Positions 8,469 through 17,011 of a DNA stretch of 43,657 nucleotides are shown here, in pieces. The DNA is from an uncultured Pseudomonadales bacterium (GTDB taxonomy: Bacteria > Patescibacteriota > Microgenomatia > UBA1400 > PJMF01): the NCBI GenBank assembly GCA_964437755.1, contig CAYTIA010000001.1, positions 1 to 43,657 on the forward strand. The letters are read 5' to 3'. The notes under the pieces were generated by a model that had not been told where the DNA came from, ran no database searches, and saw only the letters and a program-made list of their open reading frames with translations. Made by a program: the position numbers and the translations under genes. How positions within the stretch are numbered: position 1 is the first letter of the stretch; the number at the start of each line of letters is the position of its first letter.

Positions 8469-9986
8469 CTATGCAATAAACTTAACTTGGTTACTACTTA
8501 TTAATTTTGCATCTGTATATGCTTTGAGACTTGTAATATTTTCTTGAGTTTTACTGTCAATGCCGTCTTCTTGTTTAAAAGCTAGGTTTTCAATTCCTAT
8601 TACTCTTGATCCATTTTCTTTATCTTTATAAACAAGGATTTTGTAAGCACGCAAAGTTTGTTCATCTCTAGCAATATATTTCCACAACCAATTAGAGCCG
8701 TCAGGAAATCCTTTTGTGAGAGACAAATTAATAGCAAGTTGGTTTAGTTTGTCATAAAGTTCAGAAGGACTACTTTTCCATTCTTTTTTGTCTTCCATGA
8801 AAACGAGAATACACTGTGCAACAGTTGATGCTTCAAATGCTGTTTCGTGTTGCTTCTTAATGTTTGACAGAAAAACATTTTGAAAATGTTCCTGATCATG
8901 ACCAAAATAGATAGATGCAGTTACTGCACAATGGTAATAATCTGCCAATCGAGGTAATTCACTAATTTCAACTTCATCCTTAAAGGCCAAGACAGCAGAG
9001 ACAGTATCTAGTAAGGCTCCAAATATTTTTGGCTTTTTTAATGCAAAAGCTTTATTTAGTTCACTATCTCTTTTCCTTTGCGAACTATTGATTCTTTCTA
9101 GCTCTATAATTAAACTTCTATCTAGTAAATCTGCCCTTGTTGCAACTTGATCTATTCCATTCATTCCTACAACTCTTTTAAAGAAGTAAAGAATGTCATC
9201 ATCATTTGTGTATAAGGCTCTTTTGGAAAAAGCTGAGCCGGTTACAAATCTACAAAGAGCATCAGAAGTTTGCCAATTTAAATGGGACACATTATCAACA
9301 AAGAAACAATAATTGTGATCGGCTTGACGAATTAATTCTTCTTCTTTATTTTGAGGTGCGAGTAATGGTATACAACTTGGATCTATTAAATCTCTGATTC
9401 TTGCAAGCGTAGTACTTTTACCAGATCCTTGAGATCCATGTAAAAGTAAGATTGGTCTAGCTATATCCTCAAAAAAAGTTGTCGGCAGATATGTTTTAAG
9501 TAACAAATCTTGATCTTCGCCACGAACATTAATAAATTCATCTAGATCAGAAAGATCGCCACCATTCTCAGGGAGAACTTGTTTCTTTTGATGAGCAAAC
9601 CTACGAAAAAGCACGGGGGATGATTGTGTTATTTCCCAACCATCTTTTGTAATTTTTATAATATTTTTGTTATCTCCAATGTCATAAAAAATCTCATCAT
9701 CAACTTTGGCAATTCTATTATAAATTTGTTGATCTTCTTGAGAGCTAAGGGCAATACCTTCTAGAGTAGTAATAGCAGTATTTAATGAATCAGCTCTAAG
9801 CACTTTACCTGTATTATTCCAAAACATTTGAGATAAATATCTTTTTACAAACTTTGATTTTATTTGGTAGGCAATAAATCCATTTTCAACTACACAACAA
9901 GTATTTTGATGCTGGTCTGTAATAAATTCTGTATCCGAATCCAAAACCATACTAACTAGCATTTTTGCTAAACTATCACTTGGCAT
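8469..9986 (-). CDS. P-loop ATPase, SF3/AAA+ helicase-like mobile-element replication protein
   Basis: Walker A GSQGSGKST, Walker B FFVDN, sensor MNGI and arginine finger DLLDRS. Confidence 0.75.
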   Translation of the reverse strand: MPSDSLAKMLVSMVLDSDTEFITDQHQNTCCVVENGFIAYQIKSKFVKRYLSQMFWNNTGKVLRADSLNTAITTLEGIALSSQEDQQIYNRIAKVDDEIFYDIGDNKNIIKITKDGWEITQSSPVLFRRFAHQKKQVLPENGGDLSDLDEFINVRGEDQDLLLKTYLPTTFFEDIARPILLLHGSQGSGKSTTLARIRDLIDPSCIPLLAPQNKEEELIRQADHNYCFFVDNVSHLNWQTSDALCRFVTGSAFSKRALYTNDDDILYFFKRVVGMNGIDQVATRADLLDRSLIIELERINSSQRKRDSELNKAFALKKPKIFGALLDTVSAVLAFKDEVEISELPRLADYYHCAVTASIYFGHDQEHFQNVFLSNIKKQHETAFEASTVAQCILVFMEDKKEWKSSPSELYDKLNQLAINLSLTKGFPDGSNWLWKYIARDEQTLRAYKILVYKDKENGSRVIGIENLAFKQEDGIDSKTQENITSLKAYTDAKLISSNQVKFIA

Positions 9987-10305
9987 TCTGACCTCCTTCT
10001 ATTTTTATGGTTCTTGGATAAACTCCAATAATCATTGAATCCGTAATTTCTACCAAACATTTTTTATTTCTTAAGCGTTTAAAATTTACTTTTTTGGAAT
10101 CTGCCATAACTGCTAACTGGTAACAAAATCTAAAGAATTCATTGTTCCCAATGTCGTATCCTTCAGCTTCATGAGCTTTGAAAAATAAAATGTCATGTGA
10201 ATTAGCTGGTCCAATATGCACTTCAAAAACAGCTATGTGTACTTTTGTTGATAGAGTATTTGTTTGAAAATAATCTAGGAACTTTGCCTTATATTTTTTA
10301 ATCAT
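9976..10305 (-). CDS. Hypothetical protein
   Basis: 109-aa ORF with AAGGA RBS; overlaps the ATPase start by 11 nt. Confidence 0.65.
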   Translation of the reverse strand: MIKKYKAKFLDYFQTNTLSTKVHIAVFEVHIGPANSHDILFFKAHEAEGYDIGNNEFFRFCYQLAVMADSKKVNFKRLRNKKCLVEITDSMIIGVYPRTIKIEGGQNAK

Positions 10306-10429
10306 TGATTTCCTTTTTATCTTTGTTAATATTTTTTTATACGAACTTATCCTCCTTTTTTGATTCGCAAATATTTTTTACTAACACAATAATAAGGTCG
10401 TTTTTTGACCGATAATTGATTTTGGAGAT

Positions 10430-10453
10430 AAAAAGAAAACTGCCTGAGCAGTT
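10430..10453 (-). terminator. Putative intrinsic terminator
   Basis: Minus strand AACTGC-tcag-GCAGTT-TTCTTTTT downstream of 10493..11329. Confidence 0.45.
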
Positions 10454-10492
10454 ACGGACAAATTAGATAAAATATGGAATTATAAAGATGAA

Positions 10493-11329
10493 TTAAGCTT
10501 GACGAATTTTGGATCTTCGTGATTGCTTGCGAGTTTGTGATAATAATTCAGATTTTTCTTCGTCAGCTAATGATTCAAATTGATAACGACCAAACGCTGG
10601 ACAAAAGTCGTATTTAGATCCGTTTACATCAATTATGTATTTTGAAATAAAGTAAAATAAATCGTCTGCCTGCTGAACAATATCTTTTTTAAGTAATTCT
10701 GATTTATCCATATCGTCATCAAAGTTTTTAAGATTTAGTTTTTTGTATGCATCTAACAGTTGATCTTTTGAATAAGTAAATTTGATTGTTTTATTTTTTC
10801 CTTTAGATAGAGAAAGTAAGGCAAGAATAATTCTTTTAATTCTTTGAATATTAATTGATTTAAATGCATTGAATTTATTGCCCGAAAGTAAACTACCCGT
10901 AATAAATACCTGACCATTATTTTCGTATATTTCTAAAGTTTGCTCAAAACTTGGATCAGTTAAAGATTTGTCATATTTTTTTATTAGTTGATCTGAATTA
11001 ATATTTCTTTCATTTATATCTTGTAGCCAACCATCTAAATATCTTCCATCAAGAACTTGTATGTAATAGTCTTTTGTATTAACTCCATTTATTTTATTCT
11101 CTTGTATATCAACAATAGAAATCATTTGTTCTTCAGTTTCTAAGCGTTTTAAATAATCGCCCAAAATTAAATCATCAAAATAATCTTTCAAATATTTATG
11201 AGAGGCATTAATTACTAATGGATGACCAATAGCAGTTACCTCATAAATTTGATCTAAAACCATTACTAATTTGTCTAATAAATCTTGACCTGTAATCATA
11301 AAGGTATTGTAGTACTTACTATGTATCAT
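10493..11329 (-). CDS. Hypothetical protein
   Basis: 278-aa ORF with no motif recognised; start may be the second Met. Confidence 0.65.
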   Translation of the reverse strand: MIHSKYYNTFMITGQDLLDKLVMVLDQIYEVTAIGHPLVINASHKYLKDYFDDLILGDYLKRLETEEQMISIVDIQENKINGVNTKDYYIQVLDGRYLDGWLQDINERNINSDQLIKKYDKSLTDPSFEQTLEIYENNGQVFITGSLLSGNKFNAFKSINIQRIKRIILALLSLSKGKNKTIKFTYSKDQLLDAYKKLNLKNFDDDMDKSELLKKDIVQQADDLFYFISKYIIDVNGSKYDFCPAFGRYQFESLADEEKSELLSQTRKQSRRSKIRQA

Positions 11330-11569
11330 GGGAAGGTTAACCTAATATAAAATGAATTATTTTGTTATTTATTAATAACCTTTAAACCTTTGAATATAAC
11401 TGAACAACAAGCTTGTTTTATATAGTACCCCCCCCCATTATGTTTGTTTAATAAATGTATTTTTGTCAAAGCTGTTGATAGCAGAAATAGCTTCTTGAAA
11501 AATTTGCTACGTAAGGTTTTTGGACACTAAAGTCAGTAAAGACACTAAATGATATAAATGTGATTACGT

Positions 11570-11962
11570 ATGTACTCTCGAGAGAATCCGTTTATAAATA
11601 AAATCATGAACAATGATTTTAAAAAAATATACCAGACTTTAAATACTATTTTTGATTTATCAAAAGATGAATCTTTTATATACTTAAGTGATGCTAAAAA
11701 AATATGTTTTAGAAAAATAAGTACTAATAATAAATCATTTTTTGAAGCAGATATTATATTTTTCGAAAATACATCTAATTGCTTAAGTCCCTCAGAATTT
11801 AGAGTTAGAGTTTGGACTAATAACTTAGTTGAGATAATCATGTTTAAGTTATCTGAATTTAGTGAGTATAAAAACATTTACAAATTTAGTAATGGGTATG
11901 ATATACCTAATAAGTTATTACAGCTTGAGGCTAATCAAGCATTTCTTGGTATTTTTCAATAA
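11570..11962 (+). CDS. Hypothetical protein
   Basis: 130-aa low-GC ORF; start uncertain. Confidence 0.5.
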   Translation: MYSRENPFINKIMNNDFKKIYQTLNTIFDLSKDESFIYLSDAKKICFRKISTNNKSFFEADIIFFENTSNCLSPSEFRVRVWTNNLVEIIMFKLSEFSEYKNIYKFSNGYDIPNKLLQLEANQAFLGIFQ

Positions 11963-12059
11963 ATAAAAATTTTACGTATTATTTAAACAACATTCATCTC
12001 TGTTATAATTTCTAATTAACACTGGAATGGGTATAATTCACTATTGAGGAATTTTAGGA

Positions 12060-12776
12060 ATGAAAAGAAAGAGTAACATTTTAACAAAATTAGAAAACAA
12101 AGAAGAAATTCAAGAATTTTTGGATAAACCAACTCTTTCTATAGCAGAAGCATTAACAGGATTGCTTGCTGATAATGGACTCATACCAAAATCCTATATT
12201 TTGTCAGCAGGAAGAATTGTACAAGGAGCAATTAAAGGTAAACTTTTAACACAGTTAGGCCTTGAGCTTTCTGAATATAGAAAAAAAGGTAGAATAAAAG
12301 AAGACTACTTTGCTTCACATAAAAATCAAGTAACCTTACTTGAATTGCTGGAGTTTATTGATACCGAAATCCCAGACGAAGAAATATTTAATGCCGTTAA
12401 ATCTATTTTTTTCGCTAGTGTTTCAACTGACTCTAATGTACAAAAAGAAGAGGTTGCATATCAACTTTTGCTTTTGTGTAAAAAATTGAATTCAATGGAA
12501 ATTTTGATTATAAAAACTTGTTATGAAGTATATTTAGGAAAGCACATAGATATAAATACAGGAATAAATAGTTATGGTGAGTGGGTAAATGCAATTTCTG
12601 AAAAAATTGGTTATGAATTGCCAGAGCTAGTGAGTTCATCAGATGACAAGTTAGTTAATTTAGGATTGTTGTCTTCTAGAAGTTATTCAGATAAATCTGG
12701 TATAAATCCAAGTAAAGAATTTAGATTAACTAAATTAGGTATAAAGCTTTGTAATTTTATTACAGAATTTAATTAG
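12060..12776 (+). CDS. Abi-alpha/DUF4393-like protein (tentative)
   Basis: Helical N-terminus and C-terminal winged-helix-like pattern LVNLGLL...FRLTKLGIKLCNFI. Confidence 0.5.
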   Translation: MKRKSNILTKLENKEEIQEFLDKPTLSIAEALTGLLADNGLIPKSYILSAGRIVQGAIKGKLLTQLGLELSEYRKKGRIKEDYFASHKNQVTLLELLEFIDTEIPDEEIFNAVKSIFFASVSTDSNVQKEEVAYQLLLLCKKLNSMEILIIKTCYEVYLGKHIDINTGINSYGEWVNAISEKIGYELPELVSSSDDKLVNLGLLSSRSYSDKSGINPSKEFRLTKLGIKLCNFITEFN

Positions 12777-12783
12777 GATATTT

Positions 12784-13164
12784 ATGAACAAAACCCTTTT
12801 ACAAAAAGCACAAGCATTAGCAAATAAAAAAGAACTTACTTCTGACGTAACTGTAGGACATGTTGGTTGCGCTTTAGAAACAAAATCAGGAAAAGTATAT
12901 ACAGGCTTAAGCGTAGGTACTTCTGCAAATCTTGGATTTTGTGCTGAAGTATGTGCAATGGCTCAAATGATAAAAGAGGGCGAAACTGAAATAAATGAAA
13001 TTGTTGCTACTGGACCTAATGGAGAATTAATTACTCCATGTGGAAGGTGTAGAGAACTTATGTTTCAAATAAATAGAAATAATTTAAAAGCTAAAATCTT
13101 ACTTGCTGACGATAAATTTATCACTTTAGAAGAACTCTTACCTCATAGATGGCAAGACTATTAG
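12784..13164 (+). CDS. Cytidine deaminase family protein (three-Cys zinc type)
   Basis: VGCAL..KSGKVYTG, FCAE and TPCGRCRE motifs. Confidence 0.88.
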   Translation: MNKTLLQKAQALANKKELTSDVTVGHVGCALETKSGKVYTGLSVGTSANLGFCAEVCAMAQMIKEGETEINEIVATGPNGELITPCGRCRELMFQINRNNLKAKILLADDKFITLEELLPHRWQDY

Positions 13165-13230
13165 AGCGAAAAAAGAGTCTAGTTGTTCAATTTTCTTTAT
13201 TATTTGCAAAAACATTGATATCATGTTTGT

Positions 13231-13770
13231 ATGAAAATTACATACAAACACACACTCCCTGCTGATAAGCTATCTAAGTTTGATATCCATAGAATGGGAC
13301 CAGAAGCCATCAGTCTTTTAGTAAAGTTAGATCACCTGAAAATAGTTATGGCATCTCCTCATGAAAAAAAGGTGGATTTAGTCGTAACCAATACAGATTC
13401 AAAACAAATATATAAAATTAAAGTTCTTACTACCAAAAATCCATCTTCAAATCAAGGAGTTGGAACTGGTTTAAGTTGGATGGTCGGTGAAATAGATAAA
13501 AAAACAATAAGTGACGACATGTTTTTTTGTTTTGTTCATCTAGTAATTAATAAAGATGAATTAGAATTTAGATTTTTTATTGTGCCAAGTAAAGATGTTT
13601 CTGAGTATGTTGAAAATGCATTTAATTTCTGGCTCAATGAGGTAAACACTAGAGATGAGAAAAACACTGTAAAGAAATTTTTACTCGGAGAAAAAGGCAA
13701 AGAATATCCCTCTGGGTTTAAAACACTCATACAAGAAGACTATGAAGATAACTGGGATCTATTAAAGTAA
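13231..13770 (+). CDS. PD-(D/E)XK restriction-endonuclease-fold-like protein with degenerate active site
   Basis: VDLVV...KIKVLT, FFCFVHL, FRFFIVPSKDV and YEDNWDLL pattern. Confidence 0.5.
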   Translation: MKITYKHTLPADKLSKFDIHRMGPEAISLLVKLDHLKIVMASPHEKKVDLVVTNTDSKQIYKIKVLTTKNPSSNQGVGTGLSWMVGEIDKKTISDDMFFCFVHLVINKDELEFRFFIVPSKDVSEYVENAFNFWLNEVNTRDEKNTVKKFLLGEKGKEYPSGFKTLIQEDYEDNWDLLK

Positions 13771-13903
13771 CGGCTTATCAGTGATCCTTTTCTAATTCTG
13801 TTGTCATCTAGAACCATCGTTTTAGCACTTTCTACATTTCCATGCATAACTTATCATCTAAACAAATGAAAATCCTACGAGCGAGGTATCGTTTACAAAG
13901 ATT

Positions 13904-14617
13904 TTATAAGTAACTCATTTTAAGCTTGTCTAACTTAACATCCTTGAAAATAATTGGATGAACATAGTAATTTGATTTAGTTAACAACTCTTGATTTTCT
14001 CTAGGGTTAGAAAATTTTAGTGCATCCCAGTTAAATAACTCAAAGTCTTCTTTAAGCATATCTACATAAACTGCATCGTCAAAAACTGACTTGCCATAAG
14101 AATCAATGAACTCTGTAGTTATAGCTACTTTAATTTCATTCACATTTTCATAATTAAATGCTTCTTCTGCAAATTTTATATAGAACTTCCAGATACTATT
14201 AGCCATATCTGTATTGTTGATAAATGTGTAATCTGCTGTTGAAATTTCAGCTACAACAAAACCTGTTTCCTCTTCATAACTGAGTGTCACATCTTGGTCA
14301 ATCTTATCTTTAGCTAAAATATCCAACCTCTCTTCTAAAGAAAGATCATTTTGAGAGGTCTCGGTTTCTTCTTGTGGTTTCTCTACTTTAACTTCTGTAA
14401 CTTCTGTAACTGAATCAGTTGGGGGTTGGTCACTAGAGTCATTTGTTGATGCTCCAACCATCGTAACGAAAATTAATCCAATAACAATAACTTTTGCTAG
14501 AGTTGGCCATTTTGTTTTCCAAGTTAAATACATCAACGTAAAGGGAAGAAAAATAATTGCTGGAATTAGCTTCCATGTTTTATACCAAGGCTTGGACGAT
14601 TGAGTGCCGGCTGTCAT
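13904..14617 (-). CDS. Membrane-anchored extracytoplasmic hypothetical protein
   Basis: KPWYKTW plus two hydrophobic segments, acidic linker and globular C-domain; AAGGAG RBS. Confidence 0.7.
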   Translation of the reverse strand: MTAGTQSSKPWYKTWKLIPAIIFLPFTLMYLTWKTKWPTLAKVIVIGLIFVTMVGASTNDSSDQPPTDSVTEVTEVKVEKPQEETETSQNDLSLEERLDILAKDKIDQDVTLSYEEETGFVVAEISTADYTFINNTDMANSIWKFYIKFAEEAFNYENVNEIKVAITTEFIDSYGKSVFDDAVYVDMLKEDFELFNWDALKFSNPRENQELLTKSNYYVHPIIFKDVKLDKLKMSYL

Positions 14618-14654
14618 AACGCTCCTTAAATGTTGTATTTATTAGCAACGATGT

Positions 14655-14778
14655 GCCTCAACATTGAAAGGACACCCCGTAGTCCTCAGCCGGCAAGCGT
14701 CGAACTCGATAGGGATGTCCTATACAAAGTTCGACACTCTTTTAAAGTGTTTTTAACTTGCCGGCTGAATATTGAAGC
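14655..14778 (-). ncRNA. Candidate structured RNA (multi-stem, possible pseudoknot or switch)
   Basis: Perfect 12-bp stem 14686-14697/14757-14768, 8-bp stem 14699-14706/14728-14735, outer stem 14655-14665/14768-14778 and cross-pairing 14670-14678/14712-14720. Mismatches resolve as G-U only on the minus strand. Confidence 0.55.
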
Positions 14779-14817
14779 TATTATATATTGATAATCAGAA
14801 AAATACACTGCTCATGA

Positions 14818-15693
14818 TCAATTTATTTTAAAAATTGATTTGACCAAAATTTTTGCTTTTTTTTCAAAATCAAATTTAAACAAATTGTAAAAATAATCTG
14901 GAACTAAATTATTATTTAATCTAGATCTAGCTATTTCATTTTGCAAATCTCTATGACTAATATTTGATTGAATATTACTACTTGCTTTAGACACAATTAT
15001 CTTATCAGCGATGCATTTTAGTGAATGCAAATTACTAGATGCACTAAAGTTATTTTTAATTTTTGAAATAAAAAATGAATAAATTGGTAAAAATAGTGAG
15101 CTTATGTATAAAAGATTTTGCAAAAATTCTTCTGAATAAAGCGAAAATAAAATCATGGTAATTATTCCCAATATGAGAAAAAGAAAAATTCCATAGTATT
15201 TTCTCAATTTTGAATCCCACCAACAATTTATTTTTTGACAAATGTAGCAGGCAGATGAAAAGTCAATATCTTTGTTTACAGCGTACCAATCTTTTAAATC
15301 ATCAAAGTTTTTATATTTTTCTAAGTAGCTATTAGAAGCAATTATTATTTCATCAATATCGGGTTTGTTGCCCAACAATACTTTGTTCCATGGGATTTTA
15401 TATAGTTTACAATCGAATATTTCCTGAATCTTTGTGGCTGATGTAGTCTTATTATCTATTGCGGGTCTTATTATAAAAAGGTCAATAAAAAAGATAAATA
15501 TTGAGTATACTGCAGCAATGTATTTTACATTTGTATAATATTCGACAACAAAAGCCATTAACACAACTCCTAAAACAGTGAATGTAAATTGAAACAACTC
15601 AAGTTTTTTTGCTTCTGAATAAATAAAACGTTGTGCAGCTAAAAAACTCAAATTTTGAGTAATATTTTGATTGTAGTGAATTTTATTGTTCAT
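14818..15693 (-). CDS. CBASS S-4TM (SMODS-associating 4TM, Cap16-like) membrane effector
   Basis: LAAQRFIYSEAK, KIQEIFDC..YKIPWN, LKDWY, CQKINCWWDSKLR and VPDYFY motifs; two TM hairpins; 9 nt downstream of the CD-NTase. Confidence 0.85.
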   Translation of the reverse strand: MNNKIHYNQNITQNLSFLAAQRFIYSEAKKLELFQFTFTVLGVVLMAFVVEYYTNVKYIAAVYSIFIFFIDLFIIRPAIDNKTTSATKIQEIFDCKLYKIPWNKVLLGNKPDIDEIIIASNSYLEKYKNFDDLKDWYAVNKDIDFSSACYICQKINCWWDSKLRKYYGIFLFLILGIITMILFSLYSEEFLQNLLYISSLFLPIYSFFISKIKNNFSASSNLHSLKCIADKIIVSKASSNIQSNISHRDLQNEIARSRLNNNLVPDYFYNLFKFDFEKKAKILVKSIFKIN

Positions 15694-15702
15694 ATTTATT
15701 CT

Positions 15703-16578
15703 TTAATAGTAGTATGCTGGAAATTCGCCAGCAAAGAGTAATTTCCACCATATAAATGCATCTGACGTTTTTTCTGCCATTTCAGCTTCTCTTGCTTTAT
15801 TTGCTCTAATCAAAGCAGTGTTTATTTTTGACTTAGCTTCAGTGAGTTTAAGAAAGCTAAAGGTTGGAACAATTGCGCCAGATACTCCAGTAGGATCATA
15901 CAAGGTAGCAAGATTAGTTGAATCTAAATACTTAAAAAAATTACGTAAGTCAATGCTATACAAAATGGAACTTTCACTTTCACAAAACTTAGCAGCTCTC
16001 ATTTCAAGATAAAATGAAGAAATAGGGACATTGTTGTAATATTTCCATGCTTTTATAAACCTTATTAATGGTTTTAGCTTATAACCAAGTTTAACATTTA
16101 GATTTCTAACATATCTTCCATGTATGTCTGGACTTGATTTCATCCAACCTCCATTGCAATCTGGAATATCATAAATGAGCTGACGATCAGCAGTTGCACT
16201 CATGTAATCTGCGGGAACAATCTCAGTCGCTTCTTGTGGATTTGAGCCAAATGGCACAACAACTGCTGGACTACTAATATGAACTCCCGTGTTTGGAAAC
16301 CTTTTATCTAAAGCATCTTTAATAAGTCTCAAGGTATAAGCTGAGTTTTGTTTTAGCACGTTTCCAGATAACGAAGCAAAATAGTCCACATCACTATATC
16401 CAGTAATACTGGTGCCGTTACCAAATGAGCCTGATCTAAAAAATCGCTTCAAAGTAAAATTTGCCTTCAAAGAATTTTCAATAGATGTTCTATGTCTTTT
16501 TGATGATTCTGATTCTGTACTAGTTGGTGTTAGTCTACTGTGAAAGTCAAGAAATCCTTGATTAATTGTTCTTGGCAT
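15703..16578 (-). CDS. cGAS/DncV-like nucleotidyltransferase (CD-NTase, SMODS) of CBASS
   Basis: SGSFGNGTSITGYSDVDYF (GS...DxD), EIVPA and LIRFIKAWKY..VPISSFYLE. Start moved to ATG 16578 (MPRT), which has an AAGAAGGA RBS. Confidence 0.9.
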   Translation of the reverse strand: MPRTINQGFLDFHSRLTPTSTESESSKRHRTSIENSLKANFTLKRFFRSGSFGNGTSITGYSDVDYFASLSGNVLKQNSAYTLRLIKDALDKRFPNTGVHISSPAVVVPFGSNPQEATEIVPADYMSATADRQLIYDIPDCNGGWMKSSPDIHGRYVRNLNVKLGYKLKPLIRFIKAWKYYNNVPISSFYLEMRAAKFCESESSILYSIDLRNFFKYLDSTNLATLYDPTGVSGAIVPTFSFLKLTEAKSKINTALIRANKAREAEMAEKTSDAFIWWKLLFAGEFPAYYY

Positions 16579-16613
16579 TGTTACTATATTTCCTTCTTTA
16601 AAACTATTTGATT

Positions 16614-16678
16614 TGCTATTGGTATCAAAATGATAGCAGTGTTTTGTGTTGATGTCAACATTATGATTGTGGTAAACT
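16614..16678. promoter_or_regulatory. Divergent promoters with palindromic operator candidates between CBASS and the XRE regulator
   Basis: Minus-strand TTGACA(16658-16653)-17nt-TATCAT(16635-16630); plus-strand TGgTAAACT (16670-16678). Palindromes TGTTGA-TG-TCAACA (16647-16660) and TATCA-AAA-TGATA (16623-16635). Confidence 0.7.
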
Positions 16679-16684
16679 ATCAAT

Positions 16685-17011
16685 ATGAAATATACAGATC
16701 TTGGTAAAAAAATTAAAGCTTTAAGAGAATCTAGGAAATTTACAAAACAAGAGTTTGCAGAAAAACTTGGCTACCAATCAGATACAGCTATTCATCTTAT
16801 TGAACGAGGTAAAAGAAAATTATCTATTGATAAACTTATGAAAGTTGCAGAGATATTTGAGATATCTATTTCAGAATTGATAACAGAAAATACTGAAATA
16901 GAAAAGCTAAATGTAGTAACAGCTTTGAGGTCAGATGGGGCATTAGATGAAGAAGACATTGATCAAATTTCTTCTTTTATTGATTTTATTAAGCAGAAAG
17001 GTACAAAATAA
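16685..17011 (+). CDS. XRE-family HTH repressor (CapH/ImmR-like)
   Basis: LGKKIKALRESRKFTKQEFAEKLG...IERGKRKLSID HTH_3 pattern. Confidence 0.9.
   Translation: MKYTDLGKKIKALRESRKFTKQEFAEKLGYQSDTAIHLIERGKRKLSIDKLMKVAEIFEISISELITENTEIEKLNVVTALRSDGALDEEDIDQISSFIDFIKQKGTK

Noticed and set aside
11545-11877. 110-aa minus-strand ORF
   Set aside because: Shadow of 11570..11962 in AT-rich sequence; the plus-strand ORF fits the orientation of downstream genes, though neither has a recognisable motif.
14682-14688. CUGAGGA on the minus strand, matching the hammerhead core CUGANGA
   Set aside because: No correctly placed GAAA and stem II follow, so a hammerhead ribozyme is not supported.
16579-16683. 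35-aa N-terminal extension of the CD-NTase in the ORF track
   Set aside because: The region holds the RBS and divergent promoters; the ATG at 16578 is the better start.
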